A stretch of DNA of 64,000 nucleotides from an uncultured Alphaproteobacteria bacterium. GTDB lineage: Bacteria; Pseudomonadota; Alphaproteobacteria; Geminicoccales; Geminicoccaceae. A program made the position numbers and the translations under genes. Of this stretch, positions 56,268 to 64,000 are shown piece by piece (within the stretch, counting starts at the first letter, position 1; every line of letters begins with the position of its first letter). The notes beneath the pieces were generated by a model that saw nothing but the letters and a program-made list of their open reading frames with translations, was not told where the DNA came from and ran no database searches. The DNA is taken from the NCBI GenBank assembly GCA_963700945.1, contig CAVOZQ010000040.1, positions 239,112 to 303,111 of the forward strand. The letters are read 5' to 3'.

Positions 56268-56574
56268 AAACCTAAATAAAGCGGTTCCAGGTTCGAGGTT
56301 CAAGGTTCAAAGGTTTCAACAAAGTGATTCCTGTTCCCTTATTCGAGGTATCTCCCTTTGGTGGTGGTCTGCACTGTGCTTCAGCCGATGTCTATCGAGA
56401 GGGTAGCCTGGAGGATTATTTTCCAAAGCAGATAGATGGCTTTTAATATATGCCTAAGTTGGTGTCCAAAATAAATTGGGGCTCAGTTGCCCAAACGAAT
56501 GAAAACTAGTACATAGGCTGATAGAAGCCGGAGTAATGGAATGTTGGAGTGCTGGCGTATTGGAGTAAAATAGG

Positions 56575-57213
56575 GTGACTAAAAACACCCATAATAAAAG
56601 CACTATCCAAAGCATGGCTAAAATGGTCAGATCAGGTATTTACGGAAAAGCCATCCAAGTGCAGGCAAAATTACTTACATACCTGGCCGTTATATTGCTG
56701 GTCGGGTTGATCTTCTTTGCTTGCTCGGTCGCCTCCGATATGGATTGTGCCAAGATATCGCACTGGTCGGCCACAAATCCATCCGTCAATCAGCAGCATG
56801 TGTTTTGCGGCGAATGGAATAAACGGAAAAACCGACCCGCAGGATTTCATTCGCGCCCGGCAGGTAAAAATCCTGTTACGATAGGCACATTGGAGATTAC
56901 CCAGCAGCCTGATGCCAGGGGTCTTTACGGTGTGCGCTGGAGCTATGCCGGTCATCCGGATCGTGAAAAGTTCTCATCCATGTTTCCGGATACCTGCAAC
57001 CGGGACCAAATTTTGAAATCCATTGTTCATGCCGTAAAATATCCAAACCCCTGCCCGGACGGCGCGCCCCGCTGGGCCAGGTGTGGGCACAACAAACCGA
57101 CACAAGACGGACAGGGGTACTGTGAAGCATCCGATAACTCTATTTTTACCATTGCATTTGCAACGCTCAAGAACAGTGATAAAGTCAATACGGCATTTCC
57201 TTTAGTAGATTAG
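56575..57213 (+). CDS. exported (signal/lipobox-like) EndoU/XendoU-like ribonuclease domain protein (start uncertain: GTG 56575, ATG 56614 or ATG 56623)
   Basis: HVFCGE (56797-56814) then GFH (56842-56850) 10 residues later, KFSSMFP and TAFP. These match the XendoU H..H..K catalytic layout. N-terminal helix LLTYLAVILLVGLIFFAC. Confidence 0.6.
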   Translation: MTKNTHNKSTIQSMAKMVRSGIYGKAIQVQAKLLTYLAVILLVGLIFFACSVASDMDCAKISHWSATNPSVNQQHVFCGEWNKRKNRPAGFHSRPAGKNPVTIGTLEITQQPDARGLYGVRWSYAGHPDREKFSSMFPDTCNRDQILKSIVHAVKYPNPCPDGAPRWARCGHNKPTQDGQGYCEASDNSIFTIAFATLKNSDKVNTAFPLVD

Positions 57214-57468
57214 GAGATCGGAACCTAAGTACATAGTTTCATAAATACAGAAACGTAAAATCTTAGGAATGGATTCTAGTTGTAAATAGATATTGGACAG
57301 GATTTACCGGATCGCTTGGATAAGAGGGCCTTCGGCCGAAGGGCATCTTGATTGCCGCAGGCAAAAAGATCTAATGGATCCTGTAAATCCTGCCTGAAAA
57401 AAGAAGTTAAAGATCGAATCCATACATTTAAAATAAACCAGGCACAATGAACGAAGAGAGTATTTTCT

Positions 57469-57777
57469 ATGGCGGAGAAATCCTTCCAATGGCCGGGACG
57501 GCGCACCAACGATCCTGCCCATGAAATGCTGGTAGCATTTCTGGTGATGGATATCCAGCGCAATCCTGAATGGGCTCATGAACTGGCTGACCGAATAGAG
57601 CAAGTGAAGACCGGCAAGCTTCCTGTATGGGAGCGTATTGGAAACGCTTACCGACTTGAGTTAACCGGGAAAGGGGCTCTGATCGAGGATCTTGTGGATG
57701 AAAACGGCCGCGCACAAGAAATCACTTTAGAAGACTTTAGCAAAGCCGTTGAAGCGTGGATTGAAGCGTTTGAATAA
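57469..57777 (+). CDS. small acidic protein resembling the UPF0231/YacL family
   Basis: 102 aa. VWERIGNAYRLEL..GALIED and C-terminal LEDFSKAVEAWIEAF resemble my recollection of E. coli YacL (SWQRAGHEYTLWM.., VEDFLQVVAAYRNF). Confidence 0.4.
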   Translation: MAEKSFQWPGRRTNDPAHEMLVAFLVMDIQRNPEWAHELADRIEQVKTGKLPVWERIGNAYRLELTGKGALIEDLVDENGRAQEITLEDFSKAVEAWIEAFE

Positions 57778-57857
57778 AATTCGGAATGATATACCAAAAA
57801 TAGGCAACACTGCTCCACGATCAGAGCTACCTAAATATCATTATTTTTTTTTCGTCA

Positions 57858-57928
57858 AAAAGATGAACGTCGAACATCGAACGTCCAACGTTCGATGTTG
57901 GACGTTCGATGTTCGATGTTCATCTTTT
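57858..57928. terminator. ~32-bp-stem near-perfect hairpin between convergent genes (probable bidirectional intrinsic terminator)
   Basis: AAAAGATGAACGTCGAACATCGAACGTCCAAC-GTTCGAT-GTTGGACGTTCGATGTTCGATGTTCATCTTTT. One G-T pair. T-run on the + side and an A-run/T-run on the other side. Confidence 0.7.
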
Positions 57929-58002
57929 CTCCAGTAAACCTTCCCGGCCCCCCGGAGCAAAAATAACTTAACGCTGGTGGGGGGAAGCCTATAAATGGAT
58001 TT

Positions 58003-58773
58003 TTATTCTCCGGTAAACACCGGCTCCCGCTTCTCCAAAAAGGCGGTAAACCCTTCCACCCGATCCTGGGACTTTCCGACAATGGCACTGCCCTCTTCTT
58101 CTGCTTTAAGCCCCTGTTCGAAGCCCATATACTCTCCGGTCGAGATCGCTTTCAAGACACAGCTGACTGCCAGCGGCGCCCGCTTGACCAGCTTTTCGGC
58201 AAATTCAAGGGCATCGACCATAAGCTTATCGGGTGTCGACAATTGATTCACGAGTCCGATTTCCAACGCTTGCTGCGGGTTAATGCGTGTGCTGAATAGA
58301 ATCATGTCCAACGCTTTGGCTTTTCCGACAATCCGTGTCAGCCGCTGGGTACCGCCCCAACCCGGGATAATGCCGACGTTGAGTTCGGTAAGGCCAAGGT
58401 TTACTTTGAGATCATCCACCATGATCCGGAAATGACAGCTAAGTGCCAGTTCCATCCCGCCGGCCAGGACGTGGCCATTGATGGCAGCAATGACCGGTTT
58501 CGAAAAACGGTCGATCCGTGTCCATAGTTCCCGTCCCTTGGGACCGGTTTTATGGTGATTGGCCGAATCGCTGAGATCAAAACCGGCGGAAAAGGCTTTT
58601 TCACCGCCGCCCGTGATAATCAGCACTCTTACTCCCTTATTGTTTTCGACGTCATTAATTGCCTTTTCGAAGTCTGCCATCATGCCCCAGTTCCAGGCAT
58701 TGACCGGGGGGTGATTGAGGGTGATGATACGGATATGTCCCTTTGTTTCGACAATTAAGTTTTCGTAATTCAT
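58003..58773 (-). CDS. enoyl-CoA hydratase/isomerase (crotonase family)
   Basis: ITLNHPPVNAW, ITGGGEKAFSAGFDL, AAINGHVLAGGMELAL. ATG at 58773 follows AAGGAGAG; the ORF is open to 58941. Confidence 0.9.
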   Translation of the reverse strand: MNYENLIVETKGHIRIITLNHPPVNAWNWGMMADFEKAINDVENNKGVRVLIITGGGEKAFSAGFDLSDSANHHKTGPKGRELWTRIDRFSKPVIAAINGHVLAGGMELALSCHFRIMVDDLKVNLGLTELNVGIIPGWGGTQRLTRIVGKAKALDMILFSTRINPQQALEIGLVNQLSTPDKLMVDALEFAEKLVKRAPLAVSCVLKAISTGEYMGFEQGLKAEEEGSAIVGKSQDRVEGFTAFLEKREPVFTGE

Positions 58774-59082
58774 TTCTACTCTCCTTACTTGTGGGAGACG
58801 CTCAAGGTTAGCGGTCGTTGTGTGGTCAGTTGCAATCCCCAAAGTAGAACTGCAAATGCGTAAACCCAGGTAAACCGGAAATAACAAATTCGCGAACATC
58901 AAATTACGATAAACTCCAGACTTACAATATCCAAATCTCAAAAAAGATCGAACGCCAATTGTTTGGAATTTTAATTTCGGTCATTGGGATTTGTTTGGCA
59001 TTTGTGTTTGTTATTTGAATGTTTTAATTGCCGCTACCTTAGGTTCCTTATAAAAGGTTGCCAGATAAAAGCTGTTGAGGGC

Positions 59083-59504
59083 CTAAATCGGCACCATCGA
59101 CTCAATAAACGCCTCCAGCCGCGTTTCCACCTGGGCATCGGAATAGGCCCGGGGATCATTTTGATCGGCTTCGATGACAACGCCCGGTTTACCCGATATT
59201 TTGGCCAAATCCTGCTGCATGCGATACATGCCCACGGAATAAGGCCTACAGGAACGGTTGGGATGCATGATAAAAGCGGTCAGTGAAAACTCATCGATTA
59301 AGCCCGCCAGGTAGTTGATCCGATCTTCAAAGCCCGCACGGATTGATGGTTGGCGGCACACATGGCGGCATAATTTTCAGGATAAATTGGTAAGATGTCC
59401 ATAGCGTAAAGAAACTCCACTGGCGCACCGCTGGTGATCCAGACAATCGGCTTTACCTTTGTGGTTTTGGCTTCGATATAATAGTTCGTCAGCAGCTCTT
59501 TCAT
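59083..59504 (-). pseudogene. remnant of a 2-hydroxyacyl-CoA dehydratase / benzoyl-CoA reductase B/C-family subunit (internal deletion plus frame break)
   Basis: N-terminal piece ..VWITSGAPVEFLYAMDILPIYPENYAAMCAA and C-terminal piece ..HPNRSCRPYSVG..VVIEADQNDPRAYSDAQVETRLEAFIE. About 250 aa of the middle are missing. Confidence 0.6.
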
Positions 59505-59643
59505 TTTATGGTTTTAGAAACATTGGTTACTATCTCATGAAATGCCTCGAACATATTTTTTGCCATATAAATATATAAATTTAAGTCTCCTGACTAGGAT
59601 TGACTCTATGCTTCGCCCTATTATCAGTCGGAGGGGCAAAAAA

Positions 59644-60846
59644 TTATTCTTCTCTTTCAATAATGGTCGCCACGCCCTGACCGCCGCCGACACAGGCATT
59701 GGAGCAGCCATAGCGTCCACCTTTTGCTGCTAAAATTCGAGCCAGCGTGCCGGTCAGCCGGATACCGGTGGCGCCCAGGGGATGCCCGATGGCCGTACCA
59801 CCGCCCATGACATTAACGCGATCCGGGTCGAGCCCCAGTTCTTTGATACAATTAAGCGCAACAATACAAAAAGCCTCGTTAATTTCCCAGTAATCGATAT
59901 CCGAAGCCTTAAGGCCTGCCTTGTCCAGGGCCTTCCGACTGGCCGGCACCGGTCCGTGCCCCATGATGGTGGGATCCACACCGGCAAACCCGATCGAACG
60001 GATCGTCGCCAGCGGCTTAATACCCTTCTTTTTGGCTGTTTCTTTGGACATCAACACCATGGATGTGGCGCCCGCGTTCAAGGGCGAGGAGATACCGGCC
60101 GTGATGACACCGTCTTTTTTGAAGGCCGGTTTCAGTGAGGAGATACCTTCCAGGGTGGAGTCCCCGCGGACGGCCTGGTCTTTATCCACCAACATGGTGG
60201 AACCGTCGGCCTGTTCGGCTTCAATGGGGAATATTTCGCCCTCAAAGAAGCCTGCTTCCTGTGCCTTGGCTGCAAGCTGGTGAGAGCGCAGCCCCCATTT
60301 GTCCATATCCTCCTTGGTGTAGTCGGTCCGGGCGAAGAGTTTTTCAGCGGTCAGCCCCATATTCATGGCCGTCATCATATCCCAGTGCTGGTACTTCGGA
60401 TCCGTAAAAAGGGCCATGTTCGGCACGATGGCCCCCCTGTCAATCAAAGTGTCGCCCATGGGCACCCGGGTCATATGCTCCATGCCGCCCACCAGAACAA
60501 TATCGGCAAAATCCTGGGCGATTTCCATAAACCCGATGTGTATGCCGGCCATGGCCGAGCCGCACTGCTGATCAACAAACTTGGCGGCAATGGTGTCGGG
60601 CAGATTGGCCAGGAATATCGGATTGCGACCGCCGTAAGTCCATTGCTCGCTGACGCCGGTGGCGCAGCCAACCAGAAAATCATCGATTTCTTCAGGCTCA
60701 ACACCGCTTTTCTTGATGACTTCCGGCAGTATTTTAGCCAACAACTCATCCGACCTCATCTTACAAAACCAGTCTCTGGCCGGATCCTTGGGCCTGGAGC
60801 GGGATTGCGCCGTTCTCAAATATCCGGCGATGACGACTTCTCTCAT
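59644..60846 (-). CDS. acetyl-CoA C-acyltransferase (thiolase)
   Basis: QQCGSAM active-site Cys region, NEAFC, and C-terminal GCSNACVGGGQGVATIIE. Confidence 0.9.
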   Translation of the reverse strand: MREVVIAGYLRTAQSRSRPKDPARDWFCKMRSDELLAKILPEVIKKSGVEPEEIDDFLVGCATGVSEQWTYGGRNPIFLANLPDTIAAKFVDQQCGSAMAGIHIGFMEIAQDFADIVLVGGMEHMTRVPMGDTLIDRGAIVPNMALFTDPKYQHWDMMTAMNMGLTAEKLFARTDYTKEDMDKWGLRSHQLAAKAQEAGFFEGEIFPIEAEQADGSTMLVDKDQAVRGDSTLEGISSLKPAFKKDGVITAGISSPLNAGATSMVLMSKETAKKKGIKPLATIRSIGFAGVDPTIMGHGPVPASRKALDKAGLKASDIDYWEINEAFCIVALNCIKELGLDPDRVNVMGGGTAIGHPLGATGIRLTGTLARILAAKGGRYGCSNACVGGGQGVATIIEREE

Positions 60847-61477
60847 GATTTTGCCTCCTTTAATAGTTTAATAGTATCTGATCATTAACTCGAGATTAAG
60901 CCACTATACTTTTTCCTAACCTGCGTCTGGGCTTCGGCAATAATCATCTCACAGGTCTTTTTATTGAATTCACGGTAGGTCTCATGCCTTAAAATCCCTT
61001 CACAATTCATCTGCACCCAGATTACAAAATCCTGGGCCTTTCTGTCTTTTTCTTGACAATTTTTGAAGCATTGGTTTATGACCAAAATAATCAATTTTAC
61101 GCATGATACGATCACTTCCCGAAATAAAAAAATCATTAAAGATTTAAAAAAGCAATCACCTTTAAACCAGGCCGTATCACACTTTATCGTAAATTTGTGC
61201 GGGAGTCCACTAGGAGTTTGCTTGAATCCCGGGATGCTTCTTAAGAAAATAAAGAGCAACTTGCGGCAATGACAATTTACAACCCTGAATGAGCTATTTT
61301 TCGGGTGGACAAGTTAGTTCGCTTCGCTCACAATTGGAATATTCCATCATTTTTACCCCGTGAAACTTTTTCTTCATTTCACTGGGGCCATGCGCCTAAC
61401 CAAGAAAATAGCCACAAAAAACATATTGATTTCAATATATTATAGAAATTCCGAGACGATTAATTAGGAGAAAAAAA

Positions 61478-63697
61478 ATGAGCAATGAACCTATCAGCCA
61501 GACGCAAAGCGATGTAAAGATCGTCCGCACCACATCCACTTTTGACTGCGGCGGCAGATGCCCGATTCGCCTGCACGTCAAAAACAACCGCATCCTTCGA
61601 ATCGAGGGCGATGATGCCAAGGAACCTGAACAGCTTAGAACCTGTTTAAGGTGCCGCGCGTTCCGGCAATATGTCCATCACCCGGCCAGGCTCATGTATC
61701 CGCAGAAAAGAGTCGGGAACCGAGGTGAGGGCAAATTTGAGCGCATATCATGGGATGAGGCCCTCGACACCTTGGCAGGTCAGCTGAACCGCGTAAAGGA
61801 AAACTACGGCAACGAAAGCATATTTCTGGCCACCGGCGGAGGCTACCTTGCCGGACTGCACAACGGGGGCATTGCGGCACAGCGTCTCATGAACCAGTTC
61901 GGTGGATGCGTTACCCATTATGGCAACATTTCCTCCGAGGGTGCCGTCTGGGCGTCTTTGACCCAGTACGGATCCGTTATGGTCGGCAACAGCCGCGAAG
62001 ATTTGCTGCATTCCAAACTGATCATTCTCTGGGGCTGGGACCCGGCACGCATGATTTCCGGCACCAACACGATGTATCATGTCATCAAAGCCCGCGAAAA
62101 CGGGGCCAGAATGATCGCCGTCGACCCCCGCTACCACGACACGGCCGCCACCGTGGCCGATGAATGGATTCCGATCCGACCGGGGACGGATACGGCCATG
62201 ATGGTGGCCATGGCAAACGTTATGATCAGGGAAAATCTGCACGATCAGCCCTTTCTGGACAAATACACCGTCGGGTTCGACAAATTTACAGAATATGTCC
62301 TCGGGCAGGAAGACGGCGTCGATAAGTCGCCGCAGTGGGCGGCGGAGATCTGCGGCGTGGAAGCCGACACCATCGTGCGGCTGGCTCGTGATTATGCCGG
62401 CACCAAGCCCGCAGCCCTGATGGACTGCCAGGGACCCGCCCGCAGTGCCATGGGGGAACAGTACAACCGCTGTGCAGCCACTCTGTGCGCCATGACCGGC
62501 AACGTCGGACGTCCGGGCGGCAGCGCCGGCGGCGGTTTAATGGGCATCCCGATCGGCCATATGTTTCGCATGTCCGCCATCCCGCCCGGCAAAAATCCGT
62601 TCGAACTGGAGGGTCCCAATGTTAAGGGAACTCTGGACATCCGCATGCGTGTCATCAAACGCGTTCATATCAACAAAATCTTTGATGCCATCTTTGAAGG
62701 CAAACAGGGCGGTTATCCGGCCGATATCAAACTGATGTGGTCCATGTGCAATAATTATCTGAATCAGACCGGCAACAGCAACAAAGCCGCCCGGGCACTG
62801 CAGACGCTCGAGTTCTTCTGCGCACAGGAATTGTTCATGACCGCCCAGGCGCGATACGCAGATCTTCTGCTGCCGGTAACCACCGCTGCGGAACGAAGCG
62901 ACCTGACCCGTCCCTGGCCGTCAGGGCCGTACTTCACCTTTATGAACCGTGCTCTGGAGCCGCTGGGCGAGTGCAAATCCGACTTCGATATCGTCAGTGA
63001 ACTGGCGCAACGTCTTGGTATCGAAGGGTTTAACCCGCATACGGAAGATGAATGGCTGAAAATGTTTGTGGAACAAAACCCGGAATATCAGCAGCACATC
63101 AAGGATTACGATAAATTTAGAGAAGACGGGATTCACCGGGTGAAACTGGATGAACCCATCATCGCCTTCAAGGAACAAATCGACGATATTGAAAACAACC
63201 CCTTCCCTACCCCATCCGGGAAGATCGAAATATTCTCCCAGCGCGTGGCGGATCTGGACAAGCCGGATACGCCGCCAATTCCGAAGTACCTGCCGACGCC
63301 CGAAGACCGCAATGATCCGCTGGTTGAGAAATACCCGCTGCAATTGATAACGCCCCATGCCAAAAACAGGGTTCACTCGGAGTTATTCATGGTACCCTGG
63401 CTGCGGGAGGTTGAGGAGCATCGAGCCTGGATTAGCCCGGTAGATGCAGAATACCGTGGAATTAGGGACGGTGACCATATCTATGTCTTTAACGACCGCG
63501 GCAAGGTGGCCATTAAGGCTTGGGTCACCGAACGGATTATCCCAGGAGTGGTGAGTATTTTCGAGGGTGCCTGGTACAACCCGGATAAGGACGGCATCGA
63601 CCGCGGCGCCTGCGCCAACACGCTGACGAAAGATGCCTATTCAGGCGGCGGTGCGGCGGTGATGAATACGAGCCTTGTGGAAGTTGAGAAGGCATAA
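61478..63697 (+). CDS. molybdopterin (bis-MGD, DMSO-reductase family) oxidoreductase catalytic subunit, no Tat leader
   Basis: 739 aa with N-terminal Cys pattern C24-X3-C28..C56-X2-C59. Family-typical blocks: VDPRYHDTA, IRPGTDTAMM, and a C-terminal beta-barrel ..HIYVFNDRGKV.. Confidence 0.85.
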   Translation: MSNEPISQTQSDVKIVRTTSTFDCGGRCPIRLHVKNNRILRIEGDDAKEPEQLRTCLRCRAFRQYVHHPARLMYPQKRVGNRGEGKFERISWDEALDTLAGQLNRVKENYGNESIFLATGGGYLAGLHNGGIAAQRLMNQFGGCVTHYGNISSEGAVWASLTQYGSVMVGNSREDLLHSKLIILWGWDPARMISGTNTMYHVIKARENGARMIAVDPRYHDTAATVADEWIPIRPGTDTAMMVAMANVMIRENLHDQPFLDKYTVGFDKFTEYVLGQEDGVDKSPQWAAEICGVEADTIVRLARDYAGTKPAALMDCQGPARSAMGEQYNRCAATLCAMTGNVGRPGGSAGGGLMGIPIGHMFRMSAIPPGKNPFELEGPNVKGTLDIRMRVIKRVHINKIFDAIFEGKQGGYPADIKLMWSMCNNYLNQTGNSNKAARALQTLEFFCAQELFMTAQARYADLLLPVTTAAERSDLTRPWPSGPYFTFMNRALEPLGECKSDFDIVSELAQRLGIEGFNPHTEDEWLKMFVEQNPEYQQHIKDYDKFREDGIHRVKLDEPIIAFKEQIDDIENNPFPTPSGKIEIFSQRVADLDKPDTPPIPKYLPTPEDRNDPLVEKYPLQLITPHAKNRVHSELFMVPWLREVEEHRAWISPVDAEYRGIRDGDHIYVFNDRGKVAIKAWVTERIIPGVVSIFEGAWYNPDKDGIDRGACANTLTKDAYSGGGAAVMNTSLVEVEKA

Positions 63698-63860
63698 AAT
63701 TCGTATTTTCACCGCAGAGACGCCGAGGGAAAGTAATATTCTCATTTGCTTTGCCCTCCATCTCAATAGCAAGGCAAAAACAAAAATAATAACTCTGCGT
63801 TCTCTGCGTGCTCAAGCGAAGCGGGCGGTGAACAATTCAAAATAAAATGGAGGCTAAGCA

Positions 63861-64000
63861 ATGCAAGTAGGATTCTACTTCGATCAGACAAGATGCACCG
63901 GCTGCAGTGCCTGCCGCGTGGCCTGTAAAGACTGGAACGACATCCCGGCCGGACCGGAAAACTGGATGCGGGTTCTTTATACCGAAAAGGGGAAATTTCC
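63861..64000 (+). CDS. 4Fe-4S ferredoxin-type (DmsB-like) electron-transfer subunit, 5' partial at window end
   Basis: GGAGG lies 8 nt before the ATG at 63861. Translation MQVGFYFDQTRCTGCSACRVACKDWN has the CxxCxxCxxxC motif. Not in the ORF track because it runs off the window. Confidence 0.8.
   Translation, partial: MQVGFYFDQTRCTGCSACRVACKDWNDIPAGPENWMRVLYTEKGKF

Noticed and set aside
60885-61259. 124-aa minus-strand ORF (and the antisense 61063..61272) between the thiolase and the Mo-enzyme genes
   Set aside because: The region is AT-rich, with no recognisable domain and no convincing start or RBS. It is possibly a decayed gene, but this is not supportable.
61478-63697. Checked the Mo-oxidoreductase for an in-frame UGA (selenocysteine) and for a Moco riboswitch in the 5' spacer (61260-61477)
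   Set aside because: The ORF is uninterrupted, so no Sec codon needs to be invoked. The spacer shows only a short GTGAAA/TTTCAC hairpin and none of the conserved Moco-motif blocks I can recall.
1-64000. Searched spacers by eye for tRNA, rRNA, tmRNA, RNase P and common riboswitch signatures
   Set aside because: Nothing convincing was seen. This is a manual scan, so small RNAs could have been missed; tRNAscan or Infernal would settle it.

Overview
This is a 64-kb bacterial chromosomal window with no rRNA, tRNA or CRISPR array recognised. All product calls come from motif recognition by eye; no searches were run.

Organism guess (inference from gene content only): an anaerobic, Desulfobacterales-like deltaproteobacterium. 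Supporting genes are hcp, two TRAP transporters around a kduI/SDR pair, a Liv-type ABC importer, an Fe-alcohol dehydrogenase, an acyl-CoA ligase, a thiolase, a crotonase, a 2-hydroxyacyl-CoA-dehydratase remnant, and a leaderless Mo-oxidoreductase with a 4Fe-4S subunit.

Left third: a ~1960-aa alpha-2-macroglobulin, a hybrid sensor kinase and an OmpA-like lipoprotein. An att-like ABC operon (ATPase, double-FtsX permease, AttH-like protein) is interrupted by an ExeA/GspA-like AAA-LysM gene. That gene carries a 2 x 1151-bp tandem duplication that has built a chimeric ORF.

Centre: a CoA-pyrophosphatase-type Nudix gene bracketed by 248-bp direct repeats, a clearly GC-richer FAD-oxidase gene (probably foreign), the sugar-acid TRAP locus, and hcp with an FNR-type box.

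Right third: a small mobile-element graveyard. Two inverted 114-bp MITE-like elements bracket a toxin-first PIN/Phd pair with its own promoter and operator, a truncated integrase and a histidine phosphatase. Further right are the Liv operon and a radical-SAM gene with CX4CX2C spacing.

Best candidate for an undescribed system: a stand-alone exported EndoU-like RNase next to a YacL-like small protein, possibly a toxin/immunity-type module.

Recurrent themes: at least seven reading-frame breaks in otherwise conserved genes, several gene remnants, and at least five families of dispersed intergenic repeats.
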